From IMG/VR virus record IMGVR_UViG_3300008255_000207, positions 1-43,165 of that record: a stretch of 43,165 bases of DNA; one strand, written 5' to 3'. Below the pieces are notes generated by a model. It was not told the origin of the DNA, made no database searches, and saw only the letters and a list, made by a program, of their open reading frames with translations. Positions 1 through 7,378 of the stretch are shown here, in pieces. Both the position numbers and the translations under genes were made by a program. Each line of letters starts with the position of its first letter. Within the stretch, counting starts at the first letter, position 1. This DNA is from a virus. Taxonomy: Duplodnaviria > Caudoviricetes.

Positions 1-466
1 AGGCAGTTCGCTAAATAGTTTTGAGGCTTGGTATTCGGCTGCATACATTACGCATACCAAACCCATTAAAAAAAATCAACCCCTGAGCCGCTTAAGTGCT
101 CAAAAATGCGAAGAATCGCTTAATGAAAATTTACAAGAAAGGAATACACCTATGTTTTTAAAAGGATTCAAACCTGTGAAGTGCATGGCCAAGACAGCGC
201 CCTCTACATTGCGTGAACTCAAGTATCAAGCGGATTTAGCCAATATCGAGTACCAATTGCACACCCATCAGCAGATGCCCAACCTTCTGTCTCCCACTTG
301 GCGCTTTGATACTTTGGTTGCGCTTCGTCTTCGCTTTGGAAAAACGCCGGCTTTTGAAACCATCGAGCAGCAGATTGAAAAACACTACGGGCTCAACGGC
401 CTGCGCCTATTTTTAGCTGTGCGCACTATGGCCAGAGAGATTTATCGCTTGGAGAGCTTGGCCTAA
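1..466 (+). CDS. C-terminal part of the junction-spanning SWIM protein; possible independent start at 152
   Basis: No stop in the frame from 2 to 463. ATG 152 has its own SD (GAAAGGA). Confidence 0.65.
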   Translation, partial: GSSLNSFEAWYSAAYITHTKPIKKNQPLSRLSAQKCEESLNENLQERNTPMFLKGFKPVKCMAKTAPSTLRELKYQADLANIEYQLHTHQQMPNLLSPTWRFDTLVALRLRFGKTPAFETIEQQIEKHYGLNGLRLFLAVRTMAREIYRLESLA

Positions 467-545
467 AAGCCAGGTGTTTTGTGAACCTTGAAAATTGAAT
501 AGCCCCCTGGTGAAGGGAATAGTAACCAGGGGGAGGCCGTGAGGC
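457..545 (+). ncRNA. Structured element copy E4: hairpin, boxA-like, hairpin with conserved loop, GNRA hairpin
   Basis: GTGAACCTTGAAAATTG at 481-497. Stem CCCCCTGGT/ACCAGGGGG (503-533) with loop GAAGGGAATAGTA, a variant of TGAATGGGGCATAGTAG. GCC-GTGA-GGC at 536-545. Confidence 0.65.
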
Positions 546-1031
546 TTAAATTTCTAAGAAGCCAAAGCAGCTCTCAGCAGGGATTGTGATTGGATCTGTG
601 AGCGAAAAAGGAAGGTCGATTCCTTCTGATTTCAAGTGCTCACAAATTTTCATCATGTCCCTATCGTGAGACAGTAGGTGGGTGGCCTTTTCAAGCTGTG
701 CCTGAGCGACAATCTTCAGATCATCAGCAATACAGGCTTTGTCTTTCTTGCTGCGCTGATAGTAAATCGAGGCTAATTTGCCCGCCGTTTTAGCATGGTG
801 AATCTCCAAAGCCAAAACCTCAATGTCTCTCGGAATAACATCGGGGTTCCCTTTGACGGCAAATTCAGCCACACAAACGACTGAAGTGAGCATGGGGACG
901 TTGTTTTCTTTGAGCCACTGGTAATACTTGAGGGCTGAAGGGTATTCTGGCGCAGAAGGCTTGGCCAAGTAGATTAAAAAGTTGGTGTCAAAAAAGACCG
1001 TGTACTCTGGTTTTTGAGGCGATTTACTCAC
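546..1031 (-). CDS. PIN-domain (VapC-like) ribonuclease
   Basis: FFDTNFLI, VAEF, DDLKIVAQA and LLSHD acidic PIN motifs. GTG start at 1031 overlaps the upstream stop (GTGA). Confidence 0.85.
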   Translation of the reverse strand: MSKSPQKPEYTVFFDTNFLIYLAKPSAPEYPSALKYYQWLKENNVPMLTSVVCVAEFAVKGNPDVIPRDIEVLALEIHHAKTAGKLASIYYQRSKKDKACIADDLKIVAQAQLEKATHLLSHDRDMMKICEHLKSEGIDLPFSLTDPITIPAESCFGFLEI

Positions 1032-1759
1032 ACAGCCCCCCGAAGAGAGCGAACCCATTCAACAGGGTCTACAACCTGATCAAAGGCATCTGTTTCAGGC
1101 GGGATTGTTTCAGACTTATCGAGATTGTAAGGTAAAAACTCGATAAACTTGGCGTTCCTTACTTCTCCGGTATGTAGATGCTGCTCTACGGAAGCAACAA
1201 GACCTATTTTTTTATAGAGCAAATTGGTCTTAACTGATGCAAGCACCTTGTAAGAGACCGATACAATCACTTTACCCTTGTTTCGGGTTTCTAAATGGAT
1301 ATTTGGGTCTTTGCCACCAGCGGCATAGACAATACCATAAAGGTAGACCCTGGTTTTGAACCAGAAATTGTTTTCAGGCTGAAGCAATGTGTTTTTATCC
1401 AAGAAAAAGGGCTTCTCTGGGTGTCCCTGAGAAGTGTTGATCAGCAATGGCCGATGCAAATCCGCTGTTTTTTCTTTGAGTTTCAAGAGCGCATTTTTGA
1501 AACGGGCCGGAACAATATCCAGATTCCGACTGGTGTTGACCGCATTCAGGGTATCTTGCATGTTTTTAACTGCTGCTGAATCATCGGTTTTGAGATCCAG
1601 CAAAACACAGCAATCTTTGATGTCCAGGCTGACCTTTTGCCGCTTCGCACTTTTATTGGGGTACAAAAGAGCATATGCCTGCTCGATCATCTCAAGCAGG
1701 TCTGGGATATCTAAATCCCCAGGCTTCATATCGTCGATGCGAAGTTGCAGCCAATCCAT
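1028..1759 (-). CDS. Hypothetical protein translationally coupled to the PIN gene (partner/antitoxin candidate)
   Basis: Long AT-rich ORF. Likely ATG at 1759 (the ORF track starts at 1807). GTGA overlap with the PIN gene. Confidence 0.7.
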   Translation of the reverse strand: MDWLQLRIDDMKPGDLDIPDLLEMIEQAYALLYPNKSAKRQKVSLDIKDCCVLLDLKTDDSAAVKNMQDTLNAVNTSRNLDIVPARFKNALLKLKEKTADLHRPLLINTSQGHPEKPFFLDKNTLLQPENNFWFKTRVYLYGIVYAAGGKDPNIHLETRNKGKVIVSVSYKVLASVKTNLLYKKIGLVASVEQHLHTGEVRNAKFIEFLPYNLDKSETIPPETDAFDQVVDPVEWVRSLRGAV

Positions 1760-1825
1760 TTTACGCCCCAATCCGGTTTGCTGTAACACCCATTCTAGCT
1801 GATTCACAGGGGATTATCAACATAC

Positions 1826-1915
1826 ACCCCCCAAGGGGCCACGCGGGACTACTATGCCCCATTCATTGCCTGCTGATTGTCAATGTTCACTGCCCTCCGT
1901 GTTTCACGGTGGCAG
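1826..1915 (-). ncRNA. Structured element copy E1 (chimeric)
   Basis: 1826-1866 is identical to 2674-2714 (41 bp). 1848-1874 is identical to 40837-40863 (27 bp). boxA-like GTGAACATTGACAATCAG on - (1890-1873), preceded by a GAAA-loop hairpin. Confidence 0.7.
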
Positions 1916-1921
1916 GCCACA

Positions 1922-1960
1922 TGCTACGATGGAGGCCAGTAAGCCCTGATAACTGAATAG
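1922..1960 (+). promoter_or_regulatory. Extended -10 promoter followed by a boxA-like motif
   Basis: TGcTACGAT at 1922-1930. AGCCCTGATAACTGAATAG at 1942-1960, nearly identical to 2756-2774. Confidence 0.5.
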
Positions 1961-1970
1961 AGGTGTAGGT

Positions 1971-2501
1971 GTGGAATTATACTTTTTCTTGGCTTCATGC
2001 TTTTTAGCGATCAACCTTTGGATTGCCTACAGCATTGCTCGCTTTGCTCAGAACAAAGTGCCTGATGCTCGCCAAATTATTTATGCCAAAGAGATTGCCG
2101 ATAGAAGGTTAAAAGCTTACGATACCGCGTTAAAACAAGTATCAAGCCTTTTTGCTTCTGAAACATCTACTGAAAGTGGTGTTTCCCGTAGAAACCCGAC
2201 TGAAGATGAAGCCCGCTTTATTGATTATCGGGCCGAGCTTTACAACTTGGCCGAACATATCCCCTGGTTTAGCCCTCGTTCCCTTGAGCTTCACGATCAG
2301 CATCGTAAAGCAGTGGAGAAACTATTGGCTCTTTGGGCTGAACAATCGCTTGAGAGGCCTGCCCATACGGATGAAGGAAAAGAAGTACGAAAGACGGCCC
2401 TTGCTTTGATGCAGTCTCTTGTGAGTGATTATCACCGAATGCCAGCTCTTGACGCCTTTGACGCAGAGCGTGCGCGGAATCCGAAAAATAAGAATCATTG
2501 A
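1971..2501 (+). CDS. Membrane-anchored hypothetical protein (N-terminal TM helix, RLKAY motif); paralogue of 40957-41634
   Basis: Hydrophobic N-terminus. IADRRLKAYDTALKQVSSLF aligns with IIGKRLKAYESIEKLMGLF. Confidence 0.75.
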   Translation: MELYFFLASCFLAINLWIAYSIARFAQNKVPDARQIIYAKEIADRRLKAYDTALKQVSSLFASETSTESGVSRRNPTEDEARFIDYRAELYNLAEHIPWFSPRSLELHDQHRKAVEKLLALWAEQSLERPAHTDEGKEVRKTALALMQSLVSDYHRMPALDAFDAERARNPKNKNH

Positions 2502-2619
2502 TATTCGCAAGAATCTCTTCTTGTGATTCCTTTACGAGCCGAGCAGACTCCCTGTCACTGTACTTAATCAAGGCGAAAATAGCGGTCAAAGTAGCTATAA
2601 CAGAAATTAAAGCAAGCAT
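2269..2619 (-). CDS. Small TM protein, possibly a remnant; 3' part overlaps 1971-2501 antisense
   Basis: Strong SD (AGAGGAGG) before ATG 2619. TM segment LALISVIATLTAIFALI. Confidence 0.4.
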   Translation of the reverse strand: MLALISVIATLTAIFALIKYSDRESARLVKESQEEILANINDSYFSDSAHALRQRRQELAFGDNHSQETASKQGPSFVLLFLHPYGQASQAIVQPKEPIVSPLLYDADREAQGNEG

Positions 2620-2673
2620 GTTCCCTCCTCTGCTTCCAATGTTTTGCCATAAAACAGACAATCAGAAAAACCA

Positions 2674-2751
2674 ACCCCCCAAGGGGCCACGCGGGACTAC
2701 TATGCCCCATTCATCCCGCGCTAATTTTCAAGGTTCACCGGCCCGAAGGCC
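2674..2751 (-). ncRNA. Structured element copy E2
   Basis: On -: C(UUCG)G hairpin, GTGAACCTTGAAAATTAG, stem CGCGGGA/TCCCGCG around the 17-nt loop, CCCC/GGGG hairpin, T-rich tract. Confidence 0.7.
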
Positions 2752-2782
2752 AATGAGCCCTGACAACTGAATAGGGGGGAAT

Positions 2783-3229
2783 CTAAGGTGCTTTGTGTAA
2801 GGCCTTGAGTTTACCTTCGAGGTGAAGGATTTTAAACCAGGAGCGAATAATCTCCTGAATCATTTCCAAGCCCAAGTCTACTTCCTCTCGGCCAATTTGG
2901 TCAAAGGTTTTCAGTTCAACATGAGCCGCATCATTGCCCAGATATTTGAGCTGCATCATGGCATCAACAAAACGCTGGTGGACAGAGGTTTTGTTAGGTA
3001 AATCAAGAATCTTGTGGTGCAGATCGCGACCTTCAGCTCCGACCTCTGCGCAAATCTCTTCGAGCGTTCGGCGAATCATAATGGCCGAAGCTCTGTAACA
3101 ACCAGCGCCAAAGCACTTTAATGCTTCGGTAAGCAATTGAGTAATCAAAGGTGGTAATCCCTCCGTTTCTATCTCTGGCTCAATATCAGGAAAAATCTCA
3201 AGAACCTCAAGAAAGGCGCGCCCAGTCCC
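2783..3229 (-). pseudogene. DUF4145 (HEPN-like) domain gene, apparently 5'-truncated; may still be translated from TTG 3148
   Basis: EALKCFGAGCYRASAIMIRRTLEE and LKYLGNDAAH motifs. The frame stays open and family-like upstream of the TTG (EVLEIFPDIEPEIETEGLPP) up to a TAG inside the boxA-like motif, with no ATG. Confidence 0.65.
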
Positions 3230-3265
3230 CTATTCAGTTGTCAAGGTTCACCGGCCCTCGCGGGC
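3227..3265 (-). promoter_or_regulatory. Partial element E5: GNRA hairpin plus boxA-like motif
   Basis: On -: GCCC-GCGA-GGGC then CGGTGAACCTTGACAACTGAATAG, immediately downstream of the XRE gene. Confidence 0.6.
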
Positions 3266-3299
3266 GCGGTTATCTAAATTGTCCCAAACCTCAAAACGC

Positions 3300-3599
3300 T
3301 TATTGTTTGCCTTTGAACAATATTGACGTTTCATCATCAATACTGCCCCAGGCAATGACAAAGAACACATCGAGAGCGCGTCCAAGCTTTTGCAAGACTT
3401 CAGCGGTTGGGCTGGTAATATCTTGCTCCAGCTTTGCAATCATGCTGACGCTCACCTCTGATTTCTCGGCAAGAGCCTTTTGTGAGAGGTGCTTTTCTTC
3501 TCGTGTGACCTTGAGGCCTTTAGCTGAATAGACACGTAAATCCATGTCTTCAGCATACACAGTTTTTATTGGTTCAGATGTGACAAGTGTAGATAACAT
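3300..3599 (-). CDS. XRE-family HTH repressor (XRE-1)
   Basis: LKVTREEKHLSQKALAEKSEVSVSMIAKLEQDITSPTAEVLQKLGRAL is a classic HTH_3 pattern. Start uncertain (3617, 3599 or 3545). Confidence 0.85.
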   Translation of the reverse strand: MLSTLVTSEPIKTVYAEDMDLRVYSAKGLKVTREEKHLSQKALAEKSEVSVSMIAKLEQDITSPTAEVLQKLGRALDVFFVIAWGSIDDETSILFKGKQ

Positions 3600-3600
3600 A

Positions 3601-3702
3601 TCAATATATTGACTCATTTTTATGATCTATGTCAAGCAATAATGGTAAATTAATTATCAATATATTGATTGACAAAATAAATTAGGTGTGTCAATATATT
3701 GA
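3601..3702. promoter_or_regulatory. Divergent promoters with three operator palindromes TCAATATATTGA
   Basis: Perfect palindromes at 3601-3612, 3657-3668 and 3691-3702. TTGACA on + (3669-3674) and on - (3635-3630), each with its -10 region covered by an operator. Confidence 0.8.
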
Positions 3703-3731
3703 TACAAGAACATGAATTGAAAGGAATCAAA

Positions 3732-3935
3732 ATGCCCCAAACTAGCACGGCCCCTGCGGCCAAAGTTTACCCAGACTGGATGATTGACAGTGTCCAACAG
3801 TACAAGACCGCCCTCACCGGCGGAGCAAAGGCCGACGATGGCCGGTACTGCCTGTGCAGAGAGTTCGACCGTTATGGCGAATGTGCCCACACAGATTTCA
3901 TTAAAAAAAACCAATTGGAGGAATCACATGTTTAA
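3732..3935 (+). CDS. Small SWIM zinc-finger protein
   Basis: SD GAAAGGA. YCLCREFDRYGECAH motif. Confidence 0.7.
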   Translation: MPQTSTAPAAKVYPDWMIDSVQQYKTALTGGAKADDGRYCLCREFDRYGECAHTDFIKKNQLEESHV

Positions 3936-4809
3936 ACCCACGCTCGAAGAACTCGAAGAAATCCTGGAGCTGCATAAAAAGTGGCTGAATGGTGACGTAG
4001 GAGGTGTAAGAGCAAGCCTCGACGGGGCAAGCCTCGAAGGGGCAAGCCTCGTCGGGGCAAACCTCGAAGGGGCAAGCCTCGACGGGGCAAGCCTCGTCCG
4101 GGCAAACCTCGACGGGGCAAGACTCATCCGGGCAAGCCTCGACGGGGCAAGACTCATCCGGGCAAACCTCGAAGGGGCAAGCCTCGAAGGGGCAATCCTC
4201 GACGGGGCAAGACTCGACGGGGCAAACCTCGAAGGGGCAAACCTCGTCGGGGCAAACCTCGTCCGGGCAAGCCTCGACGGGGCAAGCCTCGACGGGGCAA
4301 GCCTCGACGGGGCAAGCCTCATCCGGGCAAACCTCGAAGGGGCAAGCCTCGAAGGGGCAAGCCTCGTCCGGGCAAGCCTCGAAGGGGCAAACCTCGTCGG
4401 GGCAAACCTCGTCCGGGCAAGCCTCGTCGGGGCAAACCTCGAAGGGGCAAGCCTCGCAGCGGCCTACTTGCAACCCATTAAAGAAGATATAAAAAATATC
4501 TTAAATTCAGCCCCCGCCGAAGTTCAGGGCCTTCTTGATTTGCTCAATGCGGGGAAAATTGAAGGCCGCGTATACGAGGGTGAGTGTGCCTGCTTAGTCG
4601 GCTCTATTGCGAAAATCAGAGGTGTTGAATTAGATGCTTTGGGAATCAGAATTGATAGCGATAGTCCTGCTGAATGCTGGTTTCTCGCGATTAATAAGGG
4701 TGCTACACCTGAAAACAACCCAGTTGCCGCAATCACAAAGGAGTGGATTGAAGAATGGTTGTCTGCTCACCCCCAGCCAGCTACCGAGGAGGAGCTTCAT
4801 GTCAACTGA
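3928..4809 (+). CDS. Pentapeptide-repeat protein
   Basis: SD GGAGG before ATG 3928. ELEEILELHKKWL cap followed by ~30 A(S/N/R)L(D/E/V/I)(G/R) repeats. Confidence 0.9.
   Translation: MFKPTLEELEEILELHKKWLNGDVGGVRASLDGASLEGASLVGANLEGASLDGASLVRANLDGARLIRASLDGARLIRANLEGASLEGAILDGARLDGANLEGANLVGANLVRASLDGASLDGASLDGASLIRANLEGASLEGASLVRASLEGANLVGANLVRASLVGANLEGASLAAAYLQPIKEDIKNILNSAPAEVQGLLDLLNAGKIEGRVYEGECACLVGSIAKIRGVELDALGIRIDSDSPAECWFLAINKGATPENNPVAAITKEWIEEWLSAHPQPATEEELHVN
4012..4455 (+). repeat. 15-bp coding tandem repeat, ~30 units
   Basis: Unit GCAA(G/A)CCTCG(A/T)(C/A)(G/C)GG, highly homogeneous at DNA level. Confidence 0.95.
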
Positions 4810-4996
4810 TGCATATATCATCCTCATCTTTGCCATGTCTGCATTGGCACTGATGATCTCACTTTCAGACAAGCCTCGCAGGCAAATTACTGTCGTGCGC
4901 TTGGTTCAGCCACCGCTGAAGCCATTGTCCGCACCCCCATCAATCAAAACTATTTCAGATATTCAATTACCCTTTGAGGAGGTTTCTCATGTCTGA
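4799..4996 (+). CDS. Small membrane protein
   Basis: SD GGAGGAG. TM segment AYIILIFAMSALALMISL. Confidence 0.65.
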   Translation: MSTDAYIILIFAMSALALMISLSDKPRRQITVVRLVQPPLKPLSAPPSIKTISDIQLPFEEVSHV

Positions 4997-5183
4997 TATC
5001 GTCATCCTGATTCTGATTCTCATCTCATTGCTTAAGCTGGCCCAGATTCAGCAGCAGCTCAATTTGCCCTGGATGGCCACACCTGGCGGTAATATGTTGC
5101 CCCCTGGCTTGGCTTTTGAGCGTATGAAATTGGTCATTCAGCTCAAGAATATGCTGGCATTGGAGGGGTACAAATGGCAGTAA
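4989..5183 (+). CDS. Small membrane protein
   Basis: SD GAGGAGG. Hydrophobic N-terminus. Overlaps both neighbours. Confidence 0.6.
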   Translation: MSDIVILILILISLLKLAQIQQQLNLPWMATPGGNMLPPGLAFERMKLVIQLKNMLALEGYKWQ

Positions 5184-5791
5184 CACGCACAGAACTACAA
5201 GGGTTAAAGCAAGAAATGCCCTATAAGGTGCGCAAAGGACCAAAGGGATCAATCCTGGCGTATATTGACGCACGCCAAGCCATGGACTTGCTCGATGAAG
5301 TCTGTGGCCCTGAAAACTGGCAATGCGACTATCGCCAAGTTAAGAACGTCGTTTATTGCGGCGTGGGGATCTTCACCGAATCCGGTTGGGTTTGGAAGTG
5401 GGATGCCGGAGATGAAAGTAATATTGATGCCGAAAAAGGCGAAGCGAGCGACGCATTTAAGCGGGCCGCTGTGCGTTGGGGTGTCGGTAGATTTCTCTAT
5501 AGCTTGGGTGATGTCAAAAAACAGCAGTACAAAGTCCCTGCTCCTGCTGCGCCAAAGCCAGCGCCCAAGCCTGCCCCTAAACCTGCGCTCACGGATACCC
5601 GTCCCGAAGCCCCTCTCACGGATGCCGGTCGCGATAATCTTACCCGTATCTGCAAAGAAACGGGTTGGACTGGCGACCACTTCAAAGAGTTGCTGCGTGA
5701 CATGGATCTGACCTGGAAAGGCCTCAGCAATGGCGATGCTGACGCTCTGATTAACTATTTTGTGCATGAGCCAAAACTGCCCCCGATTTAA
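5174..5791 (+). CDS. Rad52/Rad22-family (Sak-like) single-strand annealing protein
   Basis: LAYIDARQAMDLLDEVCGPENWQ and KGEASDAFKRAAVRWGVGRFLY signatures, Pro/Ala linker. Confidence 0.9.
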   Translation: MAVTRTELQGLKQEMPYKVRKGPKGSILAYIDARQAMDLLDEVCGPENWQCDYRQVKNVVYCGVGIFTESGWVWKWDAGDESNIDAEKGEASDAFKRAAVRWGVGRFLYSLGDVKKQQYKVPAPAAPKPAPKPAPKPALTDTRPEAPLTDAGRDNLTRICKETGWTGDHFKELLRDMDLTWKGLSNGDADALINYFVHEPKLPPI

Positions 5792-5841
5792 CCCCAAACT
5801 AACACCCTGTCTTTAATTTTTAAAAAAAAGAGGTATTTAAC

Positions 5842-6132
5842 ATGTGTAAGAAAACAATTTGCTTTATTGAGGTCGGAAAAGGCGCAAACTTCGTTTTGGC
5901 GCTTTGCGCTCACGGCTTTGCTTTTGTGCCCCAAAATGCTGCCGCACAAAAGATTCTCAGCGACGAAAACGAGAATTTAGAACAGGTGCTTAAATCTGGC
6001 CAACAGCCCCGCGTTTTTGGCCTGGATTTTTCCAAAATTGCCGGGAATATACCTCAAGGAACACCAGTGTCCGAGGGCACTGTTCAGATGCTCTCTGAAG
6101 TTCAAGTTCATCACAGAAAAGCGGAGGAATAG
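5842..6132 (+). CDS. Hypothetical protein
   Basis: SD GAGGT, operon position. Confidence 0.65.
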   Translation: MCKKTICFIEVGKGANFVLALCAHGFAFVPQNAAAQKILSDENENLEQVLKSGQQPRVFGLDFSKIAGNIPQGTPVSEGTVQMLSEVQVHHRKAEE

Positions 6133-6134
6133 CC

Positions 6135-6809
6135 ATGTTTACACCCTCCGTTAAATTGTTGGCCTGGACCCAGCTCCGTCGAGCCAATGATGATTCCCTC
6201 GCTCAATCCGCCGCAGATGTGCTTGAAGAAGTTGCTCTGGATGAAATCAAATGGGCCTGGATTCAGGGTGATCTATCCCCCATGAGCGAATTACAAAGCC
6301 GTAGCGAAGACCTGCCCGAATCTGAAGCAAAAGTCATCGACCAGACGCAGATTGATCAAATGCTGGTTGAAAGAGACATTTACAGGGAGTTGGCCATGAA
6401 TGCCAGCGGAAACACTCGATTAATAGCCGGTCTGCCGATCTCGCCTGTCTCACTGGCCGAGAGACCCCGCTGCCAGCCAGGCGTGGCATACAATATCCTG
6501 ACTGGCGAAACATTCAATATGCACAAACCCGAGGCCTTGGCTGAGGAGGTTGGGCAGGCTCCCGAGATGGGGGAGATCCCCCAGGCCTTCGAGGGGCCAA
6601 GAAAACTGGTCAACTCTCAAGCCCTGAGCAAGGCCTTGAAAAAATACGCAGAGAGCCACAGCCTTGCAATGGACACAATGGCAAAAGCCATGGGCTGGAG
6701 AAGGGGGCTGGCCAATCTGAGAAGCATTCTCAACAAAAAAGGCAGCGTAGACACGAAGTACGCAGACTTCTTTGTGAGCCTGTTCGGTCAGGGTATTCTG
6801 TCGGATTAA
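6135..6809 (+). CDS. Hypothetical protein, possible C-terminal HTH
   Basis: SD GGAGG. C-terminus LKKYAESHSLAMDTMAKAMGW...LRSILN is HTH-like. Confidence 0.65.
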   Translation: MFTPSVKLLAWTQLRRANDDSLAQSAADVLEEVALDEIKWAWIQGDLSPMSELQSRSEDLPESEAKVIDQTQIDQMLVERDIYRELAMNASGNTRLIAGLPISPVSLAERPRCQPGVAYNILTGETFNMHKPEALAEEVGQAPEMGEIPQAFEGPRKLVNSQALSKALKKYAESHSLAMDTMAKAMGWRRGLANLRSILNKKGSVDTKYADFFVSLFGQGILSD

Positions 6810-6829
6810 CAGGCGGGTTTGGGGATGTC

Positions 6830-6958
6830 TTGAAAAAGGCAGCCCTCGAGCGCGAAGAAAAAGAAGTTGAGTATGCGGCCACCCAAGAGCAACTTCAGCT
6901 GCGCAAAGCCGCTGAAGTTGAAGAGATCCGGCTCTTACTCAAAAAGAGATTCCGATGA
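6830..6958 (+). CDS. 42-aa helical hypothetical protein
   Basis: Not in the ORF track. TTG start, fills the gap, ATGA overlap with 6955. Confidence 0.45.
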   Translation: MKKAALEREEKEVEYAATQEQLQLRKAAEVEEIRLLLKKRFR

Positions 6959-7185
6959 GAACACCCCGCAGCTGGGCTGAATGCAAAAGCTGTGCAGCCA
7001 AAATAACCTGGGTTCGCACGCCAGCTGGCAAAGCGATGCCAATCGACGGGCACACCTACGCCAGCAAGTGGAGCAAAAGCATGGGCAGCCATTGGGAAAC
7101 CTGCCCCAAGGCCCAACAGCACAGCAAGCAAGCGATGAAGCCTTCTGTCTTTAAGCCAGGAAAGCGAAAAGGAGAAAGCAAATAA
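6955..7185 (+). CDS. Small zinc-finger protein
   Basis: CKSC...ITWVRT...MPID...SHWETC. Confidence 0.7.
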   Translation: MRTPRSWAECKSCAAKITWVRTPAGKAMPIDGHTYASKWSKSMGSHWETCPKAQQHSKQAMKPSVFKPGKRKGESK

Positions 7186-7376
7186 TGCCCAATTATATTG
7201 CTCCTTACGAAGAAAATTTTTGCATTATTTGTGGTGCAGACAGCTGGCGTTACGTAGCCTGCACAACTTGCCGAGAAGAGGCTCTGGCTGATGAAGAAAC
7301 TATCTATCAGAAGTACATGCGCAAAAGTAAAGAAGTCCAAGCTCGGAAAGAGCAGAAGGGGGAGAAAGGGATCTAA
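7185..7376 (+). CDS. Small zinc-ribbon protein
   Basis: CIICG...CTTC. TAATG overlap. Confidence 0.65.
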   Translation: MPNYIAPYEENFCIICGADSWRYVACTTCREEALADEETIYQKYMRKSKEVQARKEQKGEKGI

Positions 7377-7378
7377 TC

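Noticed and set aside
481-502. Host assignment to the cyanobacterial lineage from the boxA sequence
   Set aside because: Similar boxA variants occur in other phyla, so it is insufficient without a search.
1826-3265. Classical integron attC sites or CRISPR repeats
   Set aside because: No RYYYAAC/GTTRRRY ends, no tyrosine integrase, and gene-sized spacing with mixed orientation.
4012-4455. CRISPR array
   Set aside because: Contiguous coding repeats with no unique spacers and no cas genes.
3901-4473. Antisense Cys-rich repeat ORFs (EACPD, RLAPS)
   Set aside because: Shadow frames of the 15-bp pentapeptide repeat.
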